DNA from: an uncultured Gammaproteobacteria bacterium
GTDB taxonomy: Bacteria; Pseudomonadota; Gammaproteobacteria; DRLM01
Length of the DNA stretch: 64,000 bases
NCBI GenBank assembly: GCA_963729605.1
Contig: CAVSNY010000007.1
Span: forward strand, 960,001 to 1,024,000
Reading direction: 5' to 3'
Shown piece by piece: positions 48,429 to 59,532 of this stretch. Under the pieces are notes generated by a model. It made no database searches and was not told the DNA's origin. It worked only from the letters and a program-made list of their open reading frames with translations. Position 1 is the stretch's first letter. The number at the start of each line of letters is the position of its first letter. A program made the translations under genes and the position numbers.

Positions 48429-49229
48429 ATGGTGGATGATTACACGGTACGCAAACCCGTATCGCGGTGGCGGGCTTGGTGGGCGGGGCTGGTGTTAACC
48501 ACGTTGAGCGTGAGCGGTCAGGCGCCGGCCGATACCTTGCCCGACACCGTGGCCCGTCTCAAGGCCAGCGTGGTGGGGGTGGGCACCCTGGAGCGCACCC
48601 GCCGGCCGCCGGCCCAGTTGCTCGGCACGGGTTTCGTGGTGGGCGACGGCCGTCATGTCCTGAGCAATGCGCATGTGGTGGCCGGCAAGCTGGATAAGGA
48701 CAAACGGGAAAGCCTGGCGGTGTTCGTCGGCAGCGGGCCGGAGCCGACGTTGCGGCTGGCCACCAAAGTGGCGGAGGACCTCGAACACGATTTGGTGTTG
48801 CTGAAAATTTCCGAGGCGCCGCTGCCGGCGCTGCGGCTGGGGGATTCCGACGCGGTACGTGAAGGAGAGATGTACGCCTTCACCGGGTTTCCCATCGGCG
48901 CGGTGCTGGGTTTGTATCCGGCCACCCATCGCGGCATGATCGCGGCGATCACCCCCATCGCCGTCCCCCTCAATACCGCCAAGCAACTCTCCCCGGATCT
49001 GTTACGGCGCCTGCAAGCCAATTATTCGGTATTTCAATTGGACGCAACGGCCTATCCCGGCAACTCGGGCAGCCCGCTTTACGATACGGCGACCGGCACG
49101 GTGATAGGCGTGATGAATAAAGTCTTCGTGCAGGAAAGCAAAGAGAACGCGCTGCAAAAGCCGAGTGGGATTTCGTATGCGATCCCTATCAATTACGCCA
49201 AGGGTTTATTGAGCAAGGCCGGCCTGTGA
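48429..49229 (+). CDS. Exported trypsin-like serine protease (S1C-like, no PDZ)
   Basis: Signal peptide; catalytic triad SNAHVV, HDLVLL, YPGNSGSP. Confidence 0.9.
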   Translation: MVDDYTVRKPVSRWRAWWAGLVLTTLSVSGQAPADTLPDTVARLKASVVGVGTLERTRRPPAQLLGTGFVVGDGRHVLSNAHVVAGKLDKDKRESLAVFVGSGPEPTLRLATKVAEDLEHDLVLLKISEAPLPALRLGDSDAVREGEMYAFTGFPIGAVLGLYPATHRGMIAAITPIAVPLNTAKQLSPDLLRRLQANYSVFQLDATAYPGNSGSPLYDTATGTVIGVMNKVFVQESKENALQKPSGISYAIPINYAKGLLSKAGL

Positions 49230-49244
49230 TGCCGGCTGGCCCGG

Positions 49245-49270
49245 AAAAGAAAAAGGCGGCTTACGCCGCC
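49245..49270 (-). terminator. Rho-independent terminator (minus strand)
   Basis: Minus strand GGCGGC-GTAA-GCCGCC followed by TTTTTCTTTT; no minus-strand CDS lies immediately upstream. Confidence 0.8.
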
Positions 49271-49384
49271 ATTGAAGTTCTTCTTTGTATCAGAACTGTT
49301 AGTTATTGTTATCCCCAACTGTCTTAAGCGTCGCCGTACTGTAACAGTACGTTCCCCCGACGGCCACCACTGAGACCCAGTGTG
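49245..49384 (-). ncRNA. Candidate sigma54-dependent small RNA (~140 nt)
   Basis: Bounded by a -24/-12 promoter and the intrinsic terminator. Long 5' hairpin (cgtcg/cgacg stem enclosing gtactgt-t-acagtac), A-rich ATAACAATAACTAAC linker, small agttct/agaact hairpin. Confidence 0.55.
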
Positions 49385-49394
49385 CAATTTGTTA

Positions 49395-49502
49395 CGCATG
49401 GATTGGGCCAGTTGTAGTGGACAACCCTGATTTCAATAACTTAGTTATTCGGTGCGCCTCGCCCCGCCCATGCGGCCTCCCGATCTGTAAAAAAAATCGA
49501 CG
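49395..49502 (-). promoter_or_regulatory. Sigma54 promoter with IHF site and upstream PEP-CTERM-box-like enhancer
   Basis: Minus TGG-CCCAATCCAT-GC (GG 49409-49408, N10, GC 49397-49396). IHF-like TTTCAA-TAAC-TTA at 49431-49443. TGTAAA-N5-TCGACG at 49486-49502 and a second TGTAAA at 49528. Confidence 0.6.
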
Positions 49503-49814
49503 GCCATCGGCCGGTTTGCGGCGGGCATGTAAAAAATCCGGATCAATGGTTGTCGAACGGATTGCATGACGGCGCGGGTCCACCCGTTGCAGCGGTAGCC
49601 CGGTCAAGGCAAAACCGTGGTGATGGCAGGGGTGAACGCGCTGTACCTACCGATGTGAGACAGAACCGTCTATCGGCGCAACGCGATACAGGTGGGCGCG
49701 GATTGACGCATCGCGTAGAGCCTGTAATATACGAAACTTCCTTGCTTTGGCAGAACAAAAAATACCGAGGCGCAGTGAGGGGCATAAACCGATAGGCAGC
49801 GAGAGGGGTGGACC

Positions 49815-50456
49815 ATGTGGAATAAGATGCATGTGTGGGTGGCGGTTGCGGCGATGATGATGGGCGCCTCCTTGGCGCAGGCGGCCGGGCTGCCTGGCGA
49901 TCCCGCCGCCGGTGAGGCGAAGGCGGGTCTATGCGGGGGCTGCCATGGTTTCGACGGCAATAGCGAAGACGCGACCTTCCCGCGTCTGGCCGGACAATAC
50001 GCCGAATACATCGCCAAGCAAATACGGGATTTTCAGCGCGGTCTGCGCACCAATAACGAAACCATGGCCGGCATGGCGGCCATGGTGGAGAGCGAGCAGG
50101 ACGCCCGCGACATCGGTTCTTTTTTCCAGCAACAGAAGATAGCCAAGACGTCCTTGACCAGCGCCGACAAAAAATTGGTGGAGAAGGGTGAAAAAATCTT
50201 TTACCAGGGCAATCCCAAGGCCAATGTCTATGCCTGCGTGAATTGCCACGGCGAGCGCGGCCGCGGCAAGGCGCCCAATGTGTCGGTGTTTCCGGTGATC
50301 GGCGGCCAGCACCGCGATTATCTGCTCAAACAGCTCAATGATTTCCGGGCCGGGGAGCGCAGCAACGACCCCGCCGGGATGATGACCGACATCGCCAAGG
50401 CGCTCACCGAAGAAGAGATACAGGCGGTGTCGGCATATCTGGCCAGCCAGCTTTAA
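49815..50456 (+). CDS. Di-heme cytochrome c4
   Basis: Signal peptide; CGGCH and CVNCH; FPRLAGQ..EYIAKQ; RSNDPAGMM. Confidence 0.93.
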   Translation: MWNKMHVWVAVAAMMMGASLAQAAGLPGDPAAGEAKAGLCGGCHGFDGNSEDATFPRLAGQYAEYIAKQIRDFQRGLRTNNETMAGMAAMVESEQDARDIGSFFQQQKIAKTSLTSADKKLVEKGEKIFYQGNPKANVYACVNCHGERGRGKAPNVSVFPVIGGQHRDYLLKQLNDFRAGERSNDPAGMMTDIAKALTEEEIQAVSAYLASQL

Positions 50457-50482
50457 AACGCACGGCTATCCAGCGTGTGCCG

Positions 50483-50516
50483 AAAGGGGCGGACCGGGGT
50501 CCGCCCCTTTTTATTT
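50483..50516 (+). terminator. Rho-independent terminator (possibly bidirectional)
   Basis: aaaggggcggacc-gg-ggtccgcccc followed by tttttattt, between convergent genes. Confidence 0.85.
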
Positions 50517-50520
50517 GCGC

Positions 50521-51597
50521 TCAATTCGCGGTGTGCCGCCGGCCGTCGTGTTCGGTCGTGGGAAAGGCCACCAGGTGCTGCGCGGCGATGCGGATGCCCG
50601 CCTCTTGACCCTCGGCGTAATCGAAGTGGCTGGGAAAGAGCGACAACACGATGGTGCCGCCGGGCAGGCGCATGGTGTACAGGATCTCGGCGCCCTTGAA
50701 GGTCTTGCGGAGGATGCGGCCGCGCAGCGGACTGGCCGGGTCGTGCACCACGTCGTCGGGGCGTAGCAGCACTTCCACCGCGGTGCCCGGCGGCCACAGA
50801 TAGGCGCGGTCGCCGGGGATGATGCCGAGGTCGGTCTCGATGCTGTCGGCGGTGCGCACCGTGCCCGGCAGAAACACGCCCTGGCCGATGAAATCCGCCA
50901 CGAAGCGGTCGATGGGTTCGTGATAGATATTGCTGGGCGTGTCCCATTGCACGATGCGCCCGGCGGACATGATGCCCACCACGTCGCCCAGGGCGAAGGC
51001 CTCTTGCTGATCGTGGGTCACCATCAGCGCGGCGATGCCTTGATCCTTGAGGATGGCGCGCACCTCGCCGCCCAGGCGCGCGCGCAGATCCACGTCCAGG
51101 TTGGAGAAGGGTTCATCCATCAAGATCAATTCCGGCCGTGCCGCCAGGGCGCGGGCGAGGGCGACCCGCTGTTGCTGGCCGCCCGACAGTTCGTGGGGAT
51201 AACGGTCGCCGTAACCCTCCAGCCCCACCACTTTCAGCAGGCGGGCCGCGGTGTCGCGGCGGGCGGCGTTCGACATGTCGCGCAGGCCGAAGCAGATGTT
51301 GCGGGTCACATCCATGTGCGGGAACAGCGCGTAGTCCTGAAACACCATCCCCAGGCGGCGTTTCTCGGGGGGCAGGGTGTAACCTGGGCGCGAGGCGGTG
51401 ACGCCGCGCAGCAGGATTTCACCCTGGCTCACCGGCTCGAAGCCGGCGATGGCGCGCAGCACGGTGGTCTTGCCGCAGCCGCTGGGGCCGAGCAGGCAGG
51501 CGATGCTGCCCTTGTTGATGTGCAGGGAGAGCGCGCGGACCACGGGATTGCGGTCGTAGCGGCATTCGATGTCTTTGATTTCCAGCAGCGCGTTCAC
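50521..51597 (-). CDS. ABC transporter ATP-binding protein (FbpC/PotA-like, Fe3+/polyamine type)
   Basis: [44 protein letters not shown]-terminal TOBE domain; GTG start at 51597. Confidence 0.88.
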   Translation of the reverse strand: MNALLEIKDIECRYDRNPVVRALSLHINKGSIACLLGPSGCGKTTVLRAIAGFEPVSQGEILLRGVTASRPGYTLPPEKRRLGMVFQDYALFPHMDVTRNICFGLRDMSNAARRDTAARLLKVVGLEGYGDRYPHELSGGQQQRVALARALAARPELILMDEPFSNLDVDLRARLGGEVRAILKDQGIAALMVTHDQQEAFALGDVVGIMSAGRIVQWDTPSNIYHEPIDRFVADFIGQGVFLPGTVRTADSIETDLGIIPGDRAYLWPPGTAVEVLLRPDDVVHDPASPLRGRILRKTFKGAEILYTMRLPGGTIVLSLFPSHFDYAEGQEAGIRIAAQHLVAFPTTEHDGRRHTAN

Positions 51598-51672
51598 GGT
51601 TTTGACGATGCGTTGATTCGGCAGGACACAATAGTGGGAAAGCGCGCGACTGTCCAATCCCGGGGCGGTGAT

Positions 51673-52778
51673 TCACGCCATCAGCGCCACGCTTTTGATG
51701 AGGGCGTACACCGGCAGACCCCCGCGCAGCGCCAGGGCCTGCGCGGATTTTTGGGTGATGCGCGCCAGCAGGGTCTGGCCCCCTATGTCGAGTTTCACCA
51801 TCACTTGTCCCGGCTGGCCGGCGGGCGCCAGTTCAACCAGCGTGGCCGGGATGATATTGAGCAGGGTGCTGCGGCGTGGCGGTTCGAGGCAAAGCGCCAC
51901 GTCGCGGGCGTGGACGCGCAGCCGCAGCGTCGCGCCGATCGCGAGATGTTGCCGAGCGATGCTGAGCTGCTGGCCGGCGACGTCGAGATAACTCAAGTGA
52001 TGTCGCCTCGTCATGGCCTGCCAGCGTGGCCTCGATCACCGCGCCGGCGTCGTCGCGCTGGGCCAGTGACAGATCGACGCGTGCCAGCAGCGTGTCGAGC
52101 GGGCCGTAGGCGGCGAGACGGCCCTCTTCCAGCAGTAATAAATGATCGGCGCTGGCCACCAACTCGTCGAGGCTGTGGCTCACGTACAGAATCGGAATGG
52201 CCAGCGGTCTCGCGGAGGAGCTTGAAGTAGGGCAGGGTGTCTTGTTTGCGGCGCTGATCGAGGGCCGCGAGCGGCTCGTCGAGCAGCAGCAAACGGGGTT
52301 GCGCGAGCAGGGCGCGGCCCAGCGCCACCCGCTGCCGCTCGCCGCCGGACAGCGAGGCGGGTGCGCGTTCGAGCAGGGTTTCGAGATCCAACCAGCCCAC
52401 CACTTGCTCGAAGCTCAACCGCCGCTCCGCGAGCGGCACGCGCCGATAACCGTATTCCAGATTGCCGCGCACCCGCAGATGGGGAAACAGCCGGCTGTCC
52501 TGAAACACCATGCCCACCCCACGCTGATGCGGTGCGACGAAGATCCCGCGCGCGGTATCTTGCCAGCAGTGTTCGCCTAACTGTACGGTGCCCCGGCACT
52601 GTTTTTCCAAGCCGGCCAAACAACGCAGCAAGCTGGATTTGCCCGCCCCGGAAGGACCGAAGACACCTACCACGCCGCCGATCGTGGCTTGCCAGTCGAC
52701 GTCCAAAGAAAACTCGCCGAGGCGGAGCGTGAGTCGCGCCGAGAGTCTTTCGATTTGAGCGGGGAGTGCCGATGTCAT
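51673..52778 (-). CDS. modC: Molybdate ABC transporter ATP-binding subunit, frameshifts near 52210 and 52015
   Basis: [38 protein letters not shown]-terminal Mop/TOBE ([16 protein letters not shown]...YALIKSVAL); follows modB. Confidence 0.88.
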
Positions 52779-52782
52779 ACGG

Positions 52783-53466
52783 TCAGCGCGCGGCCTTGGC
52801 GTTGGGCTGACGGGTCAACGTGTAGATCGCCAGCAAGGCGATGAAGGAGAACACCAGCAAGCCGGCGGATAACAGATGGGCCTCGCGATATTGCAGGGAT
52901 TCGACGCGATCATAAATGGCGATGGACAACACCTGGGTCTGGCCGGGGATGTTGCCGCCTATCATCAATACCACCCCGAATTCGCCGACGGTGTGGGCGA
53001 AGCCCAGCACCGCGGCGGTGAGAAAACCGCGCCGCGCCAGCGGCACCGCCACGCTGAAAAACCGGTTGAGCGGCGAGGCCCGCAAGGTGGCGGCGGCCTC
53101 CAGAATATCGTCGCCCACTTGCGCGAAGGCGGTTTGCAGCGGCTGCACCACGAAGGGCAGCGAATAAAGCACCGAGCCGATCACCAGGCCGGTGAAGCTG
53201 AAACTGAGGGTGCCGCCGGTGAGGCTGGCCCAGGGTCCGCCGAGCATTCCTTGCGGGCTCAAGGCCAGCAGCAGATAAAAGCCGAGCACGGTGGGCGGCA
53301 GCACCAGCGGCAGCGCCACCAGCGCCTCGACCGGCGTTTTAAGCCGGCCGCGGCCGCGCGCCAGCCACCACGCCAGTGGCGTGCCGAGCACGAGCAGTAT
53401 CAGCGTGGTGACGGCGGCGAGCTGCGCCGTGAGCCAGAGCGATGACCAGAGAGCGGCGGTATCCAT
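52783..53466 (-). CDS. modB: Molybdate ABC transporter permease
   Basis: LPLVLPPTVLGFYLL, SLPFVVQP, GFAHTVGEFGVVLMIGGNIPG.T. Confidence 0.93.
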   Translation of the reverse strand: MDTAALWSSLWLTAQLAAVTTLILLVLGTPLAWWLARGRGRLKTPVEALVALPLVLPPTVLGFYLLLALSPQGMLGGPWASLTGGTLSFSFTGLVIGSVLYSLPFVVQPLQTAFAQVGDDILEAAATLRASPLNRFFSVAVPLARRGFLTAAVLGFAHTVGEFGVVLMIGGNIPGQTQVLSIAIYDRVESLQYREAHLLSAGLLVFSFIALLAIYTLTRQPNAKAAR

Positions 53467-53650
53467 GCCGACAGTGTAAACGGGAATGGCCGCGGGGGAA
53501 GAGGTCAGGTAAGTGTGACGTGCGCGGTTTGGTTTGCAGCCGGGATGGCGGCGCTATGTCAGCGGTTACACCCATGTCGCGGCTGCACCCGGTGAATAAT
53601 AACGTGGGGCATTGAGCACCGCGCAGGCCATGAGGAGATGGCGCGCCGGC

Positions 53651-54556
<906 letters not shown>

Positions 54557-54565
54557 GGCGGGCGC

Positions 54566-55765
54566 TCAAACGGGCTCGTCGCGGACGAAGTCGATCACCA
54601 GTTCCGCCACGCCCTCGGCGATCCGGTCGGCCTCGGCGTCGCTGAGGATGAGCGGCGGCAGCAGGCGGATCACCCGTTCGGCGGTGACGTTGATGAGCAG
54701 TCCGCGCTCCAAGGCCCGGCCCACCAGCTCGCCGCAGGGGCGGTCGAGCTCGATGCCGATCATCAGGCCGCGGGCGCGGATGGCGTTGACCGGTCTGGCC
54801 TCGCCGCTCGCCCGCGGATCGAGGCGTTGGCGCAGGCCGGCGACGATGCGCTCGCTCAAGTGCGCGGCGCGCGCCGTGAGTTGCTGTTGCTCGATGGTGT
54901 CGAGTACCGCCAGCGCCGCGCTGCACGCCAGCGGATTGCCGCCGAAGGTGGAGGCGTGGTTGCCGGGCTTGAAGGTGTCGGCCGCTTCGCCGCGGGCGAG
55001 ACAGGCGCCGATCGGCGCGCCGTTGGCCAGGCCTTTGGCGAGGGTGATGACATCGGGTACGACGCCGCTGTGCTGAAAGCCGAACCAGCGGCCGGTGCGG
55101 CCCATGCCGGTTTGCACCTCGTCGAGCATCATCAGCCAACCCTGCTGATCGCAGAGTGCGCGCACGCCGGCGAGGTAATCGTCGTCGGGAATGTTGATGC
55201 CGCCTTCGCCCTGCACGGGTTCCAGCAGCACCGCCACCACGCCGGCGCTGTTCTTCGCGATGGTGTGCAGCGCATCGAGGTCGTTGTAGGCGACGCGCAA
55301 AAAGCCGCGCACCAGCGGTTCGAAACCGGCCTGCACCTTGCGGCTGCCGGTGGCGCTCAAGGTGGCGAGGGTGCGGCCGTGGAAACTGCCTTCCGCCACG
55401 ATCACGGTCGGGACGTCGATGCCTTTCTTGTGGCCGTAGAGACGGGCGAGCTTGATGGCGGCCTCGTTGGCCTCGGCGCCGGAGTTGCAGAAAAAGGCCT
55501 TGTCCATGCCGGCGAGGCGGGTGAGACGTTCGGCCAATTGCTGTTGTTTGGCGATGCCGTAAAGATTGGAGGTGTGAATCAAGGTGCGCGCCTGTCGGCA
55601 CAAGGCCTCGGCCACCGCCGGGTGGGCGTGGCCCAGACCGCAAACGGCGACGCCGCTGATCGCATCCAGATATTTCTTACCCGTGGTATCCCACAGCCAA
55701 GCCCCTTCACCGCGTTCGAAGGTGACCGGCAGGCGGGAGTAGGTCGACATCAATGCCTCGGTCAT
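54566..55765 (-). CDS. argD: Acetylornithine aminotransferase
   Basis: FCNSGAEANE, FHGRT, EPVQGEGG, DEVQTG, TLAKGL; directly upstream of argF. Start set at 55765. Confidence 0.93.
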   Translation of the reverse strand: MTEALMSTYSRLPVTFERGEGAWLWDTTGKKYLDAISGVAVCGLGHAHPAVAEALCRQARTLIHTSNLYGIAKQQQLAERLTRLAGMDKAFFCNSGAEANEAAIKLARLYGHKKGIDVPTVIVAEGSFHGRTLATLSATGSRKVQAGFEPLVRGFLRVAYNDLDALHTIAKNSAGVVAVLLEPVQGEGGINIPDDDYLAGVRALCDQQGWLMMLDEVQTGMGRTGRWFGFQHSGVVPDVITLAKGLANGAPIGACLARGEAADTFKPGNHASTFGGNPLACSAALAVLDTIEQQQLTARAAHLSERIVAGLRQRLDPRASGEARPVNAIRARGLMIGIELDRPCGELVGRALERGLLINVTAERVIRLLPPLILSDAEADRIAEGVAELVIDFVRDEPV

Positions 55766-55962
55766 CGTTTTGTCACCATCCGCCAAAAACAAAAAGGCAG
55801 CCCTATGAGAGGCCGCCGCCCGTCCAAAGGCGCAATGTTACAGACTCTCCCGGGGGCTGGCAAATACCCGCGAATCCCATGTCAAATGGCCGCGGGCGGC
55901 CTTGCGGATGCGCACGCACGGGGGGTGCGAAATCGGTATCTGAAATGTGCATTATGTAAACA

Positions 55963-55980
55963 ATGTCATATCTCTGTAAT
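55963..55980 (+). promoter_or_regulatory. Pho box upstream of phoB
   Basis: ATGTCAT-ATCT-CTGTAAT direct repeat with 11-bp period. Confidence 0.8.
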
Positions 55981-56026
55981 ACTTTTGTTGTAACAAGGTG
56001 CGGGTTTCTCAGACGGCGCGGACACT

Positions 56027-56716
56027 ATGGCGGTGAAAATTCTTTTTGTAGAAGACGAAATGGCGATTCAGCAGATGGTGGATCTGGCCTTGGGCCGGGC
56101 CGGTTTCGAGGTGGCGCTGGCCTCCGACGTGGCCCAGGCGCGGGCGCGGATCGCCTCGCAGCGTCCGGATTTAATCCTGTTGGATTGGATGTTGCCGCAG
56201 GTGAGCGGTTTGGAATTCGCGCGGCAACTGAAACAGGACGGCGAGACCCGTGACGTCCCCATCATCATGGTGACCGCGTGCGGCGAGGAGGCGGACAAGA
56301 TTCGCGGGCTCGACAGCGGGGCGGACGATTACGTCACCAAGCCGTTTTCGCCGCGGGAATTGGTGGCGCGCATCAATGCGGTGCTGCGCCGCGCCGCGCC
56401 ACATGCCGCCGAGCACGTGGTGGAGGTGCAGGGATTGCGCCTGGATTCATCCAGCCATCGCATCACCGCGGTGGGGGATGAATTGATCATGGGCCCCACC
56501 GAATTTCGCCTCTTGCATTTTTTCATGACTCACCCGGAGCGGGTTTACAGCCGCAGTCAATTGCTCGACCGGGTATGGGGCGGCGACGTGTATGTCGAGG
56601 AGCGCACGGTGGATGTGCACATTCGCCGTTTGCGCAAGGCCTTGGGCTTGCATGGACACGACCGTCTCATCCAGACTGTGCGCGGAGCGGGATACCGTTT
56701 TTCAGCGCAGGGGTAG
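56027..56716 (+). CDS. phoB: Phosphate regulon response regulator PhoB
   Basis: [53 protein letters not shown]. Confidence 0.96.
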   Translation: MAVKILFVEDEMAIQQMVDLALGRAGFEVALASDVAQARARIASQRPDLILLDWMLPQVSGLEFARQLKQDGETRDVPIIMVTACGEEADKIRGLDSGADDYVTKPFSPRELVARINAVLRRAAPHAAEHVVEVQGLRLDSSSHRITAVGDELIMGPTEFRLLHFFMTHPERVYSRSQLLDRVWGGDVYVEERTVDVHIRRLRKALGLHGHDRLIQTVRGAGYRFSAQG

Positions 56717-56719
56717 GGA

Positions 56720-58012
56720 GTGAGCGATTCATGGTGGTCGGAAATCGGACGCATGGCCGGCTTGATCGCCGCGGCGTTGTTGCTGGGATGGTTGAGCGGG
56801 CAAGTCCTGTTTTTTTTATGGCTGGTCACCACCGGTTATCTGATCACGCATCTCGTCTATATCCACCGTTTGGAGCAGTGGCTGCGCACCGGCGCCGGAC
56901 CGCCGCCGCGAGGCGGGGCGGGGTTATGGGGCGAGGTGTTTTATCAACTCCAGCGCATGCGTCAGCATCATTGGCGGCGCAAGCGTAGGGTCACCCAGTA
57001 TTTGCAACGTTTCCGCGAGTTGACGGCGGCGATGCCCGATGCCACGGTGGTGTTGCGCACCGGCGGCGAGATCGAGTGGTTCAATGAGGCGGCGGGGCGG
57101 ATGCTCGGCCTGCGTTCCCCGCAGGATGCCGGCCAACGCATCGTCAATTTGGTGCGCCATCCCCATTTCGGGGAATACCTGCGCGAGCGGCAATTCACCG
57201 ATTCCGTGGAGTTTCCCTCGCCGGTGAACGGCGACCTGGTGTTGTCGGCCAACGTAGTGCCTTACGGCCAGGAGCAGCTGCTGCTGGTGGCGCGCGACGT
57301 CACCCGTGTCCACCGCTTGGAACGCACCCGCCGCGATTTCGTCGCCAACGTCTCCCATGAATTGCGCACGCCGCTGACGGTGGTGCGGGGGTTTCTGGAG
57401 ATGCTGGAGGACGGCCGCGACAACATGTCGGAGGAGGACCTCCGTTCGCTGCGCTTGATGGAGGAGCAAACGCGGCGCATGCAGCGCATCGTCGATGATT
57501 TGCTGCTGTTGTCGCGTCTGGAGACCGACGAACGTCCGCCCTGGCGGACGCTGGTGGCGGTGCCCACCTTGTTGGATATCATCACCGCCGAAGCGCGGGC
57601 CTTGAGCGCGGGCAAACATACGATTCACTTGGACGCGGCCGCCGGCTTGTTGCTGCGGGGCAGCGAGGAGGAGTTGCGCAGCGCCTTTACCAATCTGGTG
57701 ATCAACGCGGTGCGTTATACGCCGGAGGGCGGCACTATCCAGATCCGCTGGCACGCCGATGCCGAAGGCGCGTATTTTCAAGTGAGCGATACCGGCGTGG
57801 GCATCGCGGCCCACCACATTCCGCGGCTTACCGAACGCTTCTACCGGGTGGACGTGGCGCGTTCGCGGCAGACCGGCGGCACCGGGCTGGGGCTGGCCAT
57901 CGTCAAACATGTCTTGGAGCGCCACGAGGCGCATTTACACATCGAGAGCAAGGTGGGACACGGCAGTGTGTTCGTCTGCCGCTTTCCCCCGTCGTTGACG
58001 ACGCGGGGTTGA
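56720..58012 (+). CDS. phoR: Phosphate regulon sensor kinase PhoR
   Basis: N-terminal TM, PAS domain, DFVANVSHELRTPLT, ERFYRVD..RSR.TGGTGLGL. Confidence 0.95.
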   Translation: MSDSWWSEIGRMAGLIAAALLLGWLSGQVLFFLWLVTTGYLITHLVYIHRLEQWLRTGAGPPPRGGAGLWGEVFYQLQRMRQHHWRRKRRVTQYLQRFRELTAAMPDATVVLRTGGEIEWFNEAAGRMLGLRSPQDAGQRIVNLVRHPHFGEYLRERQFTDSVEFPSPVNGDLVLSANVVPYGQEQLLLVARDVTRVHRLERTRRDFVANVSHELRTPLTVVRGFLEMLEDGRDNMSEEDLRSLRLMEEQTRRMQRIVDDLLLLSRLETDERPPWRTLVAVPTLLDIITAEARALSAGKHTIHLDAAAGLLLRGSEEELRSAFTNLVINAVRYTPEGGTIQIRWHADAEGAYFQVSDTGVGIAAHHIPRLTERFYRVDVARSRQTGGTGLGLAIVKHVLERHEAHLHIESKVGHGSVFVCRFPPSLTTRG

Positions 58013-58020
58013 GAGCGGCC

Positions 58021-58054
58021 TTGTCATCTAACTGTCATACATCCTTCGTACACT
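58021..58054 (+). promoter_or_regulatory. Pho box and -10 element of pstS
   Basis: TTGTCAT-CTAA-CTGTCAT (58021-58038), then TACACT 10 bp downstream. Confidence 0.88.
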
Positions 58055-58141
58055 GAGCGCCGCGCTGGAACGACGGCGGCGCATCGAGTTCGGACCCGGC
58101 CGCGTGGGCCGTGTCTCTCAAATAGCGAGGAGTTGAGAATA

Positions 58142-59113
58142 ATGCGTTTATTTAAATTGGTTGCTGCTATCAGTGTCGTGGCCGCGACATCGGCCGCGTT
58201 CTCCGTGTCGGCGGCGGGTGTCGACGCGACATTGCCGGATTATAAAAAAGCCAGTGGCGTATCGGGTAACCTGTCCAGCGTGGGCTCCGATACGCTGGCC
58301 AATCTGATGACCTTGTGGGCCGAGGAATTCAAACGCGAATATCCCAACGTCAACATCCAGATTCAAGCGGCGGGCACATCCACCGCGCCGCCGGCCTTGA
58401 CCGAAGGCACCGCCAATCTGGGGCCGATGAGCCGGGCCATGAAGAGCAACGAGATCGAGGCCTTCGAGAAAAAATACGGTTACAAACCCACCGCGGTGCG
58501 CGTCGCCATCGATGCCTTGGCGATCTTCGTCAACAAGGACAACCCGATCAAGGGCATGACCCTGCCGCAGGTGGACGCGGTGTTTTCCAATACCCGCAAG
58601 TGCGGCCACCCCGAAGGCATTAATCGCTGGGGCCAACTCGGTCTGAGCGGCGCCTGGCAGACCCGCGACATGCAGTTGTTCGGCCGTAATTCGGTGTCCG
58701 GCACCTACGGCTATTTTAAAGAGCGCGCCTTGTGCAAAGGTGATTTCAAGCCCGGCGTGAACGAGCAACCGGGTTCCGCGTCGGTGGTGCAATCGGTGAC
58801 GGCATCGGTCAACGCCATTGGTTACTCCGGCATTGGTTATACAACCTCCGGCGTCAAGGCGGTGCCCCTGGCCAAGAAACAAGGTGAGCAATTCGTGGAG
58901 GCGACCGAGGAAAACGTCCTGGCCGGTCATTACCCCTTGGCGCGTTTCCTTTACGTCTACGTCAACAAACACCCCAACAAACCTTTGCCGCCGCTGGACT
59001 TGGAGTTCATTAAGCTGGTGTTGTCCAAGGCCGGCCAGCAGGTCGTGGTCAAGGACGGTTATGTTCCCCTGCCGGCCAAAGTGGTTCAGGAAGAATTGGC
59101 CAAGCTCAAATAA
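58142..59113 (+). CDS. pstS: Phosphate ABC transporter substrate-binding protein
   Basis: Signal peptide; [34 protein letters not shown]; RBS GAGGAG ahead of ATG 58142. Confidence 0.95.
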   Translation: MRLFKLVAAISVVAATSAAFSVSAAGVDATLPDYKKASGVSGNLSSVGSDTLANLMTLWAEEFKREYPNVNIQIQAAGTSTAPPALTEGTANLGPMSRAMKSNEIEAFEKKYGYKPTAVRVAIDALAIFVNKDNPIKGMTLPQVDAVFSNTRKCGHPEGINRWGQLGLSGAWQTRDMQLFGRNSVSGTYGYFKERALCKGDFKPGVNEQPGSASVVQSVTASVNAIGYSGIGYTTSGVKAVPLAKKQGEQFVEATEENVLAGHYPLARFLYVYVNKHPNKPLPPLDLEFIKLVLSKAGQQVVVKDGYVPLPAKVVQEELAKLK

Positions 59114-59145
59114 TCTCCGGCCCTTCGATTTGCTTTAAGCGTATG

Positions 59146-59176
59146 AAACGTCCCGTCCCCGCGGGACGTTTTTTTT
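59146..59176 (+). terminator. Rho-independent terminator after pstS
   Basis: aaacgtcccg-loop-cgggacg followed by a T8 run. Confidence 0.85.
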
Positions 59177-59532
59177 GCATTGCATTAAGCGGCATCATTC
59201 TGAAAAAAGAAATTGATCACCGAGGACACCGGGGGCACGGAGCAAAATCAAGGACGCGAGCTTATCTAATCAATAGATACTCGCCCAATGCCGCAATCTC
59301 TTAATTCTCCGGCCCCGCGCTTAGCGGACACGAGTTTTAAAAACAGCCGCCATGAATGCCGCTCATCGGCGAATGGACCCTATCATTTCCTAATGGTGCC
59401 TGAAACAGGTTGGCGGAATGATCGATGCGGCGGCCGAAAAAAAAGCCCTGCGACGGGCAGGGCGTAGCAATGACGAGGGTGACGCTACTAAAAACGAAGG
59501 AACCTCTGATTTATTCAGGACTCCCTGAAAGG

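Noticed and set aside
1-49229. PEP-CTERM substrate proteins, prsK/prsR/prsT and PAPS-synthesis genes
   Set aside because: No ORF with a C-terminal VPEP-TM-basic tail or matching these families was seen in the window; presumably encoded elsewhere.
49193-49399. 68-aa minus-strand ORF over the candidate sRNA
   Set aside because: Its ATG lies inside the sigma54 promoter element, it has no RBS, and it runs through the terminator into the protease gene.
49425-49445. TAAGTTATTGAAAT as an integrative-element end
   Set aside because: No integrase, tRNA or direct repeat nearby; its position between enhancer and sigma54 site fits an IHF site better.
59217-59242. caccgaggacaccgggggcacggag, resembling a short dispersed intergenic repeat
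   Set aside because: Degenerate single copy with no clear partner in the window.
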